Assembly (NCBI GenBank): GCA_024103215.1
Contig: JAGFIY010000029.1
Coordinates: 20,019-84,018, forward strand
DNA: 64,000 bases
Reading direction: 5' to 3'
DNA from: Melioribacteraceae bacterium
GTDB taxonomy: Bacteria > Bacteroidota > Ignavibacteria > Ignavibacteriales > Melioribacteraceae
Made by a program: the position numbers and the translations under genes
Part shown: positions 20,052 to 30,247 of the stretch, one piece after another
Layout: every line of letters starts with the position of its first letter
Numbering within the stretch: the stretch's first letter is position 1
The notes under the pieces: model-generated
The model's input: only the letters and a program-made list of their open reading frames with translations
The model's database searches: none
What the model was told of the DNA's origin: nothing

Positions 20052-20957
20052 CTAATTTTCTTTTAAAACAATCTTGCTGAATTTTTCTGCTTTTTTAAGA
20101 TAATTCGAGATATCAACTTCTTTCCCTCTCACAACTGCAACAATTACTATAAGGCAAGCCCGAATTCCTTCAGCAGTATCTTCGCTCGACGCTATCTCAT
20201 CATTTTTTATTGCAAGTAATGCAGAGGCAATAATTTTATGCATTTTCCCTATTATATCAAAACCAACCTTGTAAGAAAACTTACTGTTGAACAACATCTT
20301 TTCCATAAAATCATCGACTTCTTCCTCAAGGAATTCTTTTTGAGGAAATCGTTTTAACAAATCCTCAAGTTTTTTTACGGGAGCAAGAATAGTTTTCTCG
20401 TAATTTTCGAAATCAAATTCTTCCTCTTTATCTAAATCTTCGAATAGAAATTCTTGTTTCTTCCTTTCTATTTGATCGAGTTGTTCTTTTGTAATTTTTG
20501 ACTTCTCTTCTTTATTTGAAATAGAATTTTCGCCTACTTCAACTTTTTCTTGAATTTTATCAAGTGCTTCTTCTCGTTGTACGTTTTGCTTCAGTTGTAC
20601 CGGAATTTCTTGCTCCGAAAGTTTATTCGTAATTTCTTTGAATTTAGCCGGAGTAACAAAATCAAGCATATTGCTTAGTTCGATAGTCAACGTGTGACTC
20701 TGTTCCTTGAATGTTTCGGTCAATCTTAAAAAATCAATATGATCAGATTTAATATATTCAATCAATCTTCCGAGTTTTACAGCTAATTTTGACAATTCTG
20801 TAATTTTCTTCATTCGGCTTATTTCATTTTCAATATCCTCGCAGTTGTTGAGATGTTTCTTAAATAAGGAAACAACTTCAATTTTTTCAGAACTTAATCT
20901 AAGATTATTTGCCGCAATTGTAACCGCCTGGATTATATACTGTTTTTCTATCTTCAT
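20052..20957 (-). CDS. hypothetical acidic, predicted helical/coiled-coil protein
   Basis: 301 aa. No motif recognised. The central part is very E/K-rich (EEKSKITKEQLDQIERKKQEFLFEDLDKEEEFDFENYEK). Confidence 0.5.
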   Translation of the reverse strand: MKIEKQYIIQAVTIAANNLRLSSEKIEVVSLFKKHLNNCEDIENEISRMKKITELSKLAVKLGRLIEYIKSDHIDFLRLTETFKEQSHTLTIELSNMLDFVTPAKFKEITNKLSEQEIPVQLKQNVQREEALDKIQEKVEVGENSISNKEEKSKITKEQLDQIERKKQEFLFEDLDKEEEFDFENYEKTILAPVKKLEDLLKRFPQKEFLEEEVDDFMEKMLFNSKFSYKVGFDIIGKMHKIIASALLAIKNDEIASSEDTAEGIRACLIVIVAVVRGKEVDISNYLKKAEKFSKIVLKEN

Positions 20958-21091
20958 AAGATTAAGAGTAGCCGAATAAAATATTTATTTGCATTAATTG
21001 AATATGTAATTTAACGAAAAATGTATTATTATTTTTGGTGTAATAATTTAACAATTATAATTTCATTAAGACAATCATTTTAGGAGACGAT

Positions 21092-21415
21092 ATGTTAGTA
21101 ACCACAACAAATTCCATCGAGGGTAAAAGAATCACCAAATACTTGGGTATTGTTTCGGGAGAGGCAATTTTAGGTGCAAATATTTTCCGTGATTTTTTTG
21201 CTGGAATTCGAGATATAGTCGGTGGAAGATCGGCTGCTTACGAAAAGGAACTGCGTCAAGCGAAAGAGATAGCATTGAAGGAAATGGAAGACCAAGCGGC
21301 AAGAATGGGTGGAAATGCTGTTATTGCAGTTGACTTAGATTACGAAACTCTTGGTCAAGCCGGCGGAATGCTTATGGTAACTGCAAGTGGGACCGCAGTT
21401 GTTTTGGAAGATTAA
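21092..21415 (+). CDS. YbjQ family protein (UPF0145)
   Basis: 107 aa. [10 protein letters not shown]...[29 protein letters not shown]...[16 protein letters not shown] Shine-Dalgarno 5 nt upstream. Confidence 0.85.
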   Translation: MLVTTTNSIEGKRITKYLGIVSGEAILGANIFRDFFAGIRDIVGGRSAAYEKELRQAKEIALKEMEDQAARMGGNAVIAVDLDYETLGQAGGMLMVTASGTAVVLED

Positions 21416-21438
21416 ATTTACGCTATCTTTTCTAAATT

Positions 21439-22635
21439 TTATTTGAATTTTTTCGCATATTCTTCTACTTCGCGCCAAACACGGAGGAGATTACCTGACA
21501 TTATTTTTTCAATCTCCTCTTCGCTATACCCAAGTTTTAAAAGTTCATAGATCAGGTTTGGATATTGGGAAACATCCTTCAATCCAGTAGGAAGACTATC
21601 CCCTACTCCGTCAAAATCGGAGCCGATTCCAACATGATCGATTCCGGCAATTTTAACAGCATGATCAATATGTTTAGCAACATCACTTACATCGGCATAT
21701 CCAACCGGGTTTTCGTTCCGGTATTTTCTACTATATTCCCGTGCTTTATCATCATTCATCATCCATCCATGCTCACGGACATAATAAGTTATATTATCAT
21801 TCCTTGCTTTTATTTTATCGCGTATATCTTTTCTTAAGAATGAAGATCCAAATGTTATCTGGATTGTACCTCCGTTTTCTGCTAATGCCTTAATCATCCC
21901 ATCGCTCATATTTCTTTCGAATCCAGGAGTAAACTCACGGCAAGATGAATGAGATGCAATAACCGGTACTTTTGTGATCTTCAGTACGTCCCAAAAAGTT
22001 TTATCTGAAACATGTGAGATGTCGACCATAATACCTAGTTCGTTCATACGCTTCACAACTTCTTTACCAAAGGGAGAAAGTCCTCCCCACTTTTCTTCAT
22101 CATCATAAGAAGAATCACCAATATGGTTGTTTGATCCGTGAGTCAAAGTTATATATCTAATTCCTCTATCATAGAAGTAATCAATATTTTTGAGATCGCT
22201 TTCGATTGGAGAACCATTTTCCATTCCAAGAGGCAGTGAGATTTTCCCCATTGCAAAATTATGATATATATCGTTAACAGATTTCGGAATTGCAGTTTTA
22301 TCCGGGTCGGTTTTCACAACATATTCAACAAAATCTATTAGTTCATCTGCTTTTGATTTACTTATTCCTTCGGCTTCGTATCTTGCGGATGTAAAAATTG
22401 AGATGAAGGGAGCATTAAGACCGCCTTCAACTGCTCGTGCGAGATCAAAATTTCCTTCATCTGATCTATCTGCAATGTCATCTCTTTTAGATATCAATCT
22501 ATAATGAAGATCAATATGTGTATCAACAATTATGATCTTCTTGGCGAGTTCAACTGCTTTTTTTCTCAGCATTTTATCTTCCATAGATATTTCCGGATTA
22601 ATTATTGTTAAAAGCAGCAGTAATAACCATTTCAT
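21439..22635 (-). CDS. membrane dipeptidase (peptidase family M19), secreted
   Basis: Signal peptide, then VDTHIDL, LTHGSNN, VDISHVSDKTF, ASHSS and GIGSDFDG metal-ligand motifs. Confidence 0.85.
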   Translation of the reverse strand: MKWLLLLLLTIINPEISMEDKMLRKKAVELAKKIIIVDTHIDLHYRLISKRDDIADRSDEGNFDLARAVEGGLNAPFISIFTSARYEAEGISKSKADELIDFVEYVVKTDPDKTAIPKSVNDIYHNFAMGKISLPLGMENGSPIESDLKNIDYFYDRGIRYITLTHGSNNHIGDSSYDDEEKWGGLSPFGKEVVKRMNELGIMVDISHVSDKTFWDVLKITKVPVIASHSSCREFTPGFERNMSDGMIKALAENGGTIQITFGSSFLRKDIRDKIKARNDNITYYVREHGWMMNDDKAREYSRKYRNENPVGYADVSDVAKHIDHAVKIAGIDHVGIGSDFDGVGDSLPTGLKDVSQYPNLIYELLKLGYSEEEIEKIMSGNLLRVWREVEEYAKKFK

Positions 22636-22642
22636 GAGTTTC

Positions 22643-23749
22643 CTAAATATTATTAATTAAGTTCTTTTTCTTAAAATGCGGAGAATCACCCCATTCACCA
22701 TAACCAATTTCGCTTTCAATTCCGTAGATACGCTGTTTAAGACAGTCCAAACAAAGTTCGGCATCGTCGTCAATACATGGTTTATTATCATAGAGTTGAT
22801 AAGCTTCGCGATATTCCATTGGTGTAATATTCGGCATTATGATATTTGCTCCGGCAAGAAGCCCCATTTCTCTTCCGCTGTATTTTAATGCTTGCAATGC
22901 AGTGGTTGAGGCAATATTTACATCTCTTAACAAAATTCTTGCACAGGCTATCATCTTTAAGCCGAGAAGATATTGCTCATCCTTCTTTTCTTCAAAATTT
23001 AAAAACTCTTTTGCAAGAGGTGTATCTTCATTCACTAAATACGGACCCATACCAAGCATATCGATGTCGAACTCTTTGAAAAAGAAGAGGTCAGAAACAA
23101 GATCATCAACCGTTTGAAACGGAAGACCTATCATCACACCGGTTCCTGTCTGATAACCGATATCTTTAATCATTTTCAAACAATTTAATCTTTCCTCAAA
23201 AAAATGATCGGGAGGATGAAGTTTTTTATAATGCTCGGGATTCGAAGTCTCGATTCGCAAAAGGTATCTATGTGCACCAGCCTCGAACCATCTCTTGTAT
23301 GTATCGTATGACTGCTCTCCGAAGGATATTGTAATCCCCAATTCGCCGTCGGAAAGTTTTTTAATTTCCATTAAAGTCTTTTCGATAAATTCGATAAAAG
23401 CTTTGTCATTCCTTTCGCCGCTTTGAAGTACGACCGAACCGTAATTATTTTCATACGCCCACTTCGCTGCGGAAAGAATTTGTTCTTCTTTTAAAACAAA
23501 TCTATTTACATTTTTGTTGCTTCGCCTAATTCCACAATAATAACAATCTTTACGGCAGATATTGCTTAGTTCTACTATTCCGCGAAAATAAGTTTTGTTG
23601 CCAACGTACTTCTGTTTTATTTCGTATGCTTTTCGAAAAAGTAAATCGATATCTCCACGATTCTTTAATTGAAGCAGAAATTTAAAATTATCCTTAGTTA
23701 GTTCATCCTCAGAATCAATTTTGTTCAATATTTGGTTTAATGTTCTCAA
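22643..23749 (-). CDS. hydE: [FeFe]-hydrogenase maturase HydE-type radical SAM protein
   Basis: CRKDCYYCGIR (CX3CX2C), VVLQSGE, RYLLRIETSNP, ERLNCL...GYQTGTGVMIGLPFQT, GANIIMPNITP and a C-terminal CX7CX2C (CIDDDAELCLDC). These match my recollection of the HydE family, including its auxiliary-cluster motif. Confidence 0.75.
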   Translation of the reverse strand: MRTLNQILNKIDSEDELTKDNFKFLLQLKNRGDIDLLFRKAYEIKQKYVGNKTYFRGIVELSNICRKDCYYCGIRRSNKNVNRFVLKEEQILSAAKWAYENNYGSVVLQSGERNDKAFIEFIEKTLMEIKKLSDGELGITISFGEQSYDTYKRWFEAGAHRYLLRIETSNPEHYKKLHPPDHFFEERLNCLKMIKDIGYQTGTGVMIGLPFQTVDDLVSDLFFFKEFDIDMLGMGPYLVNEDTPLAKEFLNFEEKKDEQYLLGLKMIACARILLRDVNIASTTALQALKYSGREMGLLAGANIIMPNITPMEYREAYQLYDNKPCIDDDAELCLDCLKQRIYGIESEIGYGEWGDSPHFKKKNLINNI

Positions 23750-23751
23750 AA

Positions 23752-24066
23752 TCAGATCATAATGGTTTTTATAACTAAAAGTTCAAGATTGGTTTCAGAT
23801 AAGTTTTTCCAACTTCGAGCAACCTGTTTGGGACAATCAACAATCGTATCACGTTTCAATAAATGTGTTTCTTCTCCGATGGTAAGTAGCCCTTCTCCGA
23901 AGATCACATAAAATTGAACTTCAAAATGTGATATATGTTTTTCCAACTCGGCTTCAGGTTCAAGAATAATGTGAATAATTTCCAATTTATTATTTGATAA
24001 TATTTTTCTTGAAGTGATTCCTTCTTTAGTCCGAATAACTTCACATTCATCAATTTTTTTAATCAA
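23752..24066 (-). CDS. cupin domain protein
   Basis: 104 aa. Small beta-barrel pattern with H...E...H-like residues (IHIILEPEAELEKHISHFEVQFYVIFGEG). Confidence 0.6.
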   Translation of the reverse strand: MIKKIDECEVIRTKEGITSRKILSNNKLEIIHIILEPEAELEKHISHFEVQFYVIFGEGLLTIGEETHLLKRDTIVDCPKQVARSWKNLSETNLELLVIKTIMI

Positions 24067-24069
24067 TTT

Positions 24070-25482
24070 TTAATCCTCATGTTTTGTTTTGAATCCTTTT
24101 TGCATCCATCCTTTTGCAAGAAACAATCCGAGAGGAGAAATTACTGCAATAAATCCATAAATAAGCCACATCATTTCGGAATTCATCAATGAAGGAGGTG
24201 TATCAGCAGGAACGTATTTCATTAGGAACCATCCTGAGTAAAGACTTGTGACAATTTTTGTTAAGAACCAAGGAAACTGTCCGATGCCCATATAAATTCC
24301 TGTCATATTTTTCGGAGCAATTTCAGCAACCCACTGTAAAAATCTAGGCTGCCACATTGCTTCCCCTATTGTCATAATAATTAAATAAGCCATCAGATTA
24401 AAGAAGGTTGGACCGGTAGCTAAAATGAAAGTTGGTACAGCCATCACGAAAGTTCCAATAATCATCATTGTATATGTATTTTTTTTTGAGGTGAGTGCGG
24501 TAACCATCGGAGTAAGAATAAAAATTAAAATTGGATTCAAGTTAACGAAGAACTCAAAATTGTCCTGTATAAATCCATCGAATGCTCTGCTTGTGTAAAG
24601 CGGAATTGTCAACCAATTGTGGGCAAATAAGGTTTGCACTGGAATTAAAATGAAAATAAAAAATAAAAATCGAAGATCTCTTAGCGGAAAATTTTTAATG
24701 TAATATTTTACTTTTTCTTTTGTAGTCATCTTTGCCATTTCATCTTCTTCATCCTTTTCAGCTTCCTCAGCAGTCGTTCCGGCTTCTGCTTTTATTTGGT
24801 CGACTGCATCCTTCATCGCCTTTTTGGTGATAATAAAATAAACTACACCAATTCCAATAACTGTAAAAATTGTCATAAACCAGAAAACACCCGTAATTTC
24901 AAACGATTTTCTTATTGGAGGAGAAATCAATCCCGGTAAGAATCCACCGAGATTCATTAGGGCATAGAGCATAGCATATCCCATTGCTGCGGTTTTCGGA
25001 GTAGTAAGTTTTTTAACTCCGGCATATGCTGCTGGCTGATAAATTCCATAACCGAGGATAATTCCAAGTATTCCAAGCATCGCTAAAATATGAGCTGATT
25101 GCCAAAGACCCGGAGCGCCGATTTCAGGTGAAAGGGTGAGCAGTGCGCGTCCAACAAGCATCAAAGAAAGAGCTATAAGTAAAGATTTTCTTAGACCAAT
25201 CCAGTCGACTGTTGCTCCAAGAAATAACATTGCAATAGTAATCCCTGCTGTTAGGACGCCAACCATTCTTCCAGCATCTATGTCATCTAAGCCGACATAC
25301 TCATTGAAAAAAATCGCAAGCAGACCTACAACACCAAAATATGTCATACCTTCGAGCACATAGGAAAGGTTCAGACCAAAAAGTGCTCTTGATGTATGAG
25401 CAAGATCAATAAATGGTTGAGTTATTTCTTTAGTAATATTTCCAAAAAACGATTTTCCATTTTCATCATTTTCAGCCATCAA
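24070..25482 (-). CDS. MFS transporter (peptide/POT-like architecture)
   Basis: 470 aa with a 6+6 TM layout and an acidic central loop. The TM1 region LSYVLEGMTYFGVVG is reminiscent of the POT ExxERFxYYG motif but is degenerate. Confidence 0.6.
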   Translation of the reverse strand: MMAENDENGKSFFGNITKEITQPFIDLAHTSRALFGLNLSYVLEGMTYFGVVGLLAIFFNEYVGLDDIDAGRMVGVLTAGITIAMLFLGATVDWIGLRKSLLIALSLMLVGRALLTLSPEIGAPGLWQSAHILAMLGILGIILGYGIYQPAAYAGVKKLTTPKTAAMGYAMLYALMNLGGFLPGLISPPIRKSFEITGVFWFMTIFTVIGIGVVYFIITKKAMKDAVDQIKAEAGTTAEEAEKDEEDEMAKMTTKEKVKYYIKNFPLRDLRFLFFIFILIPVQTLFAHNWLTIPLYTSRAFDGFIQDNFEFFVNLNPILIFILTPMVTALTSKKNTYTMMIIGTFVMAVPTFILATGPTFFNLMAYLIIMTIGEAMWQPRFLQWVAEIAPKNMTGIYMGIGQFPWFLTKIVTSLYSGWFLMKYVPADTPPSLMNSEMMWLIYGFIAVISPLGLFLAKGWMQKGFKTKHED

Positions 25483-25498
25483 GTTACCTTCATTTATT

Positions 25499-26515
25499 TT
25501 ATTTGATAATATTTACTTCCGGTTCGAGAAAAATACCAAATTCCTCATAAACTTTTGTTTGAATATCCAATGCAAAATTATAAATTTCTTGGCCAGACGC
25601 ATTTCCATAATTGACAATCACTAATGCCTGCTTTTCAAACGTACCGACGTCCCCAATACGTATCCCTTTTAATCCACAGATTTCGATAAGCCAGCCAGCT
25701 GGAATTTTGAAATTCTCATTTCCTAAAATATATATTGGAACATCTCTGTATAGAGATTTAATTTTATCAACCGTAGTTTTATTTATTATAGGATTCTTAA
25801 AAAAACTTCCTGCATTTTTAAATTTGGACGGCATTGGAATTTTTGAATTCCTAACAGCAATTATCACTTCTCTTAGCTGTGCTGAATTAGAAACTGTAAG
25901 ATTATTATTTTTTATATATTTTTCTATTCCCTCATACGCAAAGTTTAATTTTCTGCTCTTCGCAATTTCCAATTTTACTGAAAGTATAACAACTCGATTT
26001 TTCAGCTCATTTTTGAATACACTTTCCCTATAAGAAAATCTACACTCTGAGCTATCCATACTTCGTATATCGCCCGTTCTAAGATCGAAAATTTCGCATT
26101 CCTTTAAAAAATCACTTAACTCTGCTCCATATGCTCCGATATTTTGAACGGGAGCAGCACCCACGCTACCTGGTATATAAGATAAATTTTCAAGTCCTAT
26201 TATACCGTGCTCCACAGATGCTTGAACTAAATTGTCCCAATTTTGACCACCATAAGCAGTAATTTTCCAATTTTGACTTGTTTCCTCAATTTTATATCCA
26301 GATTTTTTCATATGCAGAACAATTCCATTAAAGTTATTTATGAAAAGACTATTGCTACCATCGCCTAAAATAAAGTAGTTAAGATCGTTTTTATAAATAA
26401 AGTTATATATCTTAGGAAGATCAGCAAAATCTGAAATTTTAATGTAATATCTTGTCTTTATATCAACACCAAAGGAGTTAAGTTGTTTTAGAGAGTAATT
26501 TTCTAAGATTTTCAT
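25499..26515 (-). CDS. murB: UDP-N-acetylmuramate dehydrogenase
   Basis: FAD-binding LGDGSNSLF and C-terminal AGWLIEICGLKG. The start at 26515 is supported by GGAGGA 5 nt upstream and an ATGA overlap with the comEC stop. Confidence 0.9.
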   Translation of the reverse strand: MKILENYSLKQLNSFGVDIKTRYYIKISDFADLPKIYNFIYKNDLNYFILGDGSNSLFINNFNGIVLHMKKSGYKIEETSQNWKITAYGGQNWDNLVQASVEHGIIGLENLSYIPGSVGAAPVQNIGAYGAELSDFLKECEIFDLRTGDIRSMDSSECRFSYRESVFKNELKNRVVILSVKLEIAKSRKLNFAYEGIEKYIKNNNLTVSNSAQLREVIIAVRNSKIPMPSKFKNAGSFFKNPIINKTTVDKIKSLYRDVPIYILGNENFKIPAGWLIEICGLKGIRIGDVGTFEKQALVIVNYGNASGQEIYNFALDIQTKVYEEFGIFLEPEVNIIK

Positions 26516-28899
26516 AAATTCCTCCAATCAATCATCTTTATTTCTTTTCCATCAGATTGAAGGACTATTGCTCCGGAAATATCAGTCCGGAGCATTGAAG
26601 CACCGATCCCCTCATAGCGATCAACCACATCAGGTGCTGGGTGATTAAATTTATTTTCAATACCTGCACTTATAAGTGCAAACTTAGGACTAACTTTTTC
26701 TAAAAATTCAACTGTTGAACTTGTTCTGCTCCCATGATGCCCAACTTTCAAAACATCTGAGTGTAAAAATCCCGAATAATTCCGGACAAGCAACTTCTCA
26801 GCTTTCTTTTCCGCATCTCCGACAAATAAGAATGTATTATCACCGTGTACTATCTTAATTATGCCGCTTTTATCATTTGAATCCAACAAATCATATTCTG
26901 CATCCGAGGTATCGTTCAAAAAATAAATTTTTGCATTCCCAAGGACAAAAGAAGAGTGTGAATAATACTTAAATGGTACATTATGTTCCTTAATCAAATT
27001 CTCAAACTCAATATCCTTTTTCAATGTGGAATCTACTTCAGGTTTGATAATTTTATCGACCAGATTATTCCTTATAAGCGACTCAAATCCTTTATAATGA
27101 TCGGAGTCTAAGTGGGATACAAAGCCAATATCAATTTTTTTAATGGACAAAGTTCTCATTAGTGGATAGATTGTACGCATTCCGTTGTCGAAATTTTGTG
27201 ATGCGTCTCCCGCATCAATAAGTCCGATTGTTCCGTCCGGAAATTGGATTAAAATTCCATCACCTTGACCAACGTCGATCATGAATACAGTTAATTCATT
27301 ATCCTTCAATAACTTTACATCATCTAAAGATGCAAAAATAATAATATTAAAGACAGCAAAAATAATTATCAGTGATTTTGGAACTAGATTTTGTGTTTTT
27401 ACTAAAAAAAGAATCGAGATGAAGACATAAAAAATTATCATATCTAAATATGAAAATTGAGGTATATATAGATAACTAAAACTTAAGCCCCCTGAGAAAT
27501 TGACTATTGTATAAAGTATATCTATAAATAATTGATTTGACGCAGCAAATACTGATGCTAACCAAAATGATAAATATGTTAGAATTATCGTCACAATCCC
27601 CAAACCGACAATAAAGCCTATTAAAGGAATCACTATCAGATTAGCGAACAAGGAGATTATCGAAAGTTTGTGAAAATACATCAATGTAAAAGGAAGTGTT
27701 CCTATTTGTGCGGCTAAAGAAACACTAGCGAATAAAAGCACGTTTTTAATTAATTTGTTTTTCAAAATAGAATTATCAATAAAAGTTTTGAACCTTGGAT
27801 AAATTATTAGGATAGACAGCACTGCGGAGAAAGATAATTGAAATCCGGGATTGAACAACTCATTTGGGTTAAGCATAAGTAAAATTAAAGCTGCTATAGC
27901 AAGAGAATTGAATACGTTATAATTTCTATTTGACCATTCTGAAATAATTAAAATAATCGCCATTACCGAAGCCCTAAAAACAGAGGGCGGCGAACCGGTA
28001 AGTATAACAAAAAACAATAAACCGGTAATCGTAAGAATATACTTCAAATAAATATTCATCCTACCAAACACAAAAAGAAATATTAAAATGATATACCCAA
28101 CATGAAGTCCCGAAACTGCAAGTACATGAATCACACCGCTGTTTACAAATTTTTCCCGGGTTTCATAATCTATTTCACTTCTATCTGCAAGAATCAGACC
28201 CCGCAGCAACAGCGCACCCTCATTGGAATACAATTCCTTAAATTTAGAGTCAATAGATTTTCTAAGAGAGAATATTATATTTGGGAAATTCTCTTGATCA
28301 TCATCAAGAATTTTCAAATCACTACTTTTATATGCATTTATTAAACCGGAAACACCAATTGATTTTAAGTATTTATTATAATCAAATTCTCCGGGATTTC
28401 TTTCCTCCCTACCTTTTGAAATCGTACCTTTTATTTCGACTGTATTTCCAATTGCGAGATATTCATATTTATTTTTGAGCCTTGAAAAATTTTTATCATA
28501 TAATTTTGCCAAATAAATTCCGTTCGTAGCATAAGTGATTGAATTGTTACGCACAGAATCGCATTCAATTAAGAAAGCAATGTGATTTTCTCTGGCTAAT
28601 TCAACGGAACGTAATTTTCCCCACATTGTGGATTTAGTTATCTTTAATTTTTTGAAGGGATAATTTCCATCAGAATAATCAGTATATCTTGAAGAAAGAA
28701 ATCCAAGACAAATAATCAGCAAGATCATTATTGAATTAGAAATGATTCCGTGATTTTTTTTGAAAAATACTATTGATGATAAAACTAATATGGGAGCAGT
28801 AATGTAGAGAATAGCAGTTTCTTCTATTTCAATAAAGCGAGAAATTAAAATTCCGAGTGCAAATAAAATTGTAAATTTTATCAGCGGATAATCTCTCAT
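26512..28899 (-). CDS. comEC: DNA internalization-related competence protein ComEC/Rec2
   Basis: 795 aa. N-terminal OB-like region, a polytopic competence domain, and a C-terminal metallo-beta-lactamase domain (DVGQGD, SHLDSDHYKG, VGHHGS). Confidence 0.85.
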   Translation of the reverse strand: MRDYPLIKFTILFALGILISRFIEIEETAILYITAPILVLSSIVFFKKNHGIISNSIMILLIICLGFLSSRYTDYSDGNYPFKKLKITKSTMWGKLRSVELARENHIAFLIECDSVRNNSITYATNGIYLAKLYDKNFSRLKNKYEYLAIGNTVEIKGTISKGREERNPGEFDYNKYLKSIGVSGLINAYKSSDLKILDDDQENFPNIIFSLRKSIDSKFKELYSNEGALLLRGLILADRSEIDYETREKFVNSGVIHVLAVSGLHVGYIILIFLFVFGRMNIYLKYILTITGLLFFVILTGSPPSVFRASVMAIILIISEWSNRNYNVFNSLAIAALILLMLNPNELFNPGFQLSFSAVLSILIIYPRFKTFIDNSILKNKLIKNVLLFASVSLAAQIGTLPFTLMYFHKLSIISLFANLIVIPLIGFIVGLGIVTIILTYLSFWLASVFAASNQLFIDILYTIVNFSGGLSFSYLYIPQFSYLDMIIFYVFISILFLVKTQNLVPKSLIIIFAVFNIIIFASLDDVKLLKDNELTVFMIDVGQGDGILIQFPDGTIGLIDAGDASQNFDNGMRTIYPLMRTLSIKKIDIGFVSHLDSDHYKGFESLIRNNLVDKIIKPEVDSTLKKDIEFENLIKEHNVPFKYYSHSSFVLGNAKIYFLNDTSDAEYDLLDSNDKSGIIKIVHGDNTFLFVGDAEKKAEKLLVRNYSGFLHSDVLKVGHHGSRTSSTVEFLEKVSPKFALISAGIENKFNHPAPDVVDRYEGIGASMLRTDISGAIVLQSDGKEIKMIDWRNL

Positions 28900-29798
28900 T
28901 CGTAAAGACTCATAATTGTTTTTTTAATCTGGTCAATACGTTTAATCTTATTATAAAAATATTCTGAATTTGGTCCGGCGAAAATAACAAATGCGGGATT
29001 TCTTGTATGAGTTTTAATCGATATATCTTCCAAATTTCCGTGATCGGAACATATTATCAGATTCATTTGAGCAGGGAGAAGATCTAATATATGAAATAGA
29101 AATTCGTCAAATGTTCTAAATATTTTCAAAAATTCGTCTTTAATTCTGCCATGACCTATATGATCCGATAGAAAATATTCGAATAAGGTAAAATGATTTT
29201 GCTCAGAAAGTTTGATCAATCTATTAGCCGCTGTTTTTGGTTTAATGATCGGCAGTTTGTAATTCAGTTTTGAAACCCATCTTGAGTTATCAATCTCGGC
29301 GCTCAATGCCTTTCCAGAATGAAGTTCTTTCGCTTTTCTCAATTTGACTCCACTCATAAGACAACTTAATGATGTAACGCTCAACCGTTTTTTACCCGAA
29401 TTAATATAATCAAAAAATATTTTTGGATAGGCATTTACAAAGGCGGGTTTAAATCCCTTTTCTAGGAATGACTGAAAAATATTTTCTTCTTTCAAAATCG
29501 GGATAAGAGTCGAGTACGGATAGGGACCAAAATGTTGTCCAATAATTTTTTGAGCATTTATTCCGGCAAAAATTGATGTCTGCCCCGTTCCACTTTGCGG
29601 TAATCCTTCAACTCCTAACACAGCATCGATGCCGCTTAAAATTTTATCGCCCGATCTGATAGGAATATTTCCTTGATGTGGAAGCTCTCCGAAAATAGCA
29701 GAAAATGTCTTAAATCCATATTTAAAGAAAGGATTAACTTCTGGATCATCCTCACCAATTCCGACACCATCAACAAAAATCATTAATGTGTTTTTCAT
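28896..29798 (-). CDS. alkaline-phosphatase-superfamily metalloenzyme (cofactor-independent mutase-like)
   Basis: MIFVDGVGIG, LPQSGTGQTSIFAG, SDHIGH and CSDHGN metal and nucleophile motifs. Confidence 0.6.
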   Translation of the reverse strand: MKNTLMIFVDGVGIGEDDPEVNPFFKYGFKTFSAIFGELPHQGNIPIRSGDKILSGIDAVLGVEGLPQSGTGQTSIFAGINAQKIIGQHFGPYPYSTLIPILKEENIFQSFLEKGFKPAFVNAYPKIFFDYINSGKKRLSVTSLSCLMSGVKLRKAKELHSGKALSAEIDNSRWVSKLNYKLPIIKPKTAANRLIKLSEQNHFTLFEYFLSDHIGHGRIKDEFLKIFRTFDEFLFHILDLLPAQMNLIICSDHGNLEDISIKTHTRNPAFVIFAGPNSEYFYNKIKRIDQIKKTIMSLYE

Positions 29799-30247
29799 TT
29801 TTCGGATTCGATTATAATTGTTACCGGTCCGTCGTTTATTATTTCAACCGTCATCATCTCACCAAAAATACCGGATTTAACATTTTCTTCACCCAATTTA
29901 TTTTTCATCCTTTGGATAAAACTTTCATAAAGAGAAATTGCCTTATCCGGTTTTGCTGATTTAATAAAACTTGGTCTATTCCCCTTTCGTGCATCACCGT
30001 ACAACGTAAATTGAGAAATTATTAATACCTCGCCGTTCACATCTTTCAACGAAAGGTTCATCTTGTCATTTTCATCGTTGAAGATTCTCAAATTTGTACA
30101 TTTATCAGCGATAAAAACAACATCATTTTCGGAATCACTTTCGGAAATTCCAAGAAGAATCACGAAACCTTTACCAATAGATTGATAATAATTTCTTTCA
30201 CCTATTTCTACACTACCTTTTTTTACTCGCTGAATAACTGCTTTCAC
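29795..30247 (-). CDS. dtd: D-aminoacyl-tRNA deacylase
   Basis: 150 aa. MKAVIQRV...SQFTLYGDARKGNRPSF...VTII. Confidence 0.9.
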   Translation of the reverse strand: MKAVIQRVKKGSVEIGERNYYQSIGKGFVILLGISESDSENDVVFIADKCTNLRIFNDENDKMNLSLKDVNGEVLIISQFTLYGDARKGNRPSFIKSAKPDKAISLYESFIQRMKNKLGEENVKSGIFGEMMTVEIINDGPVTIIIESEK

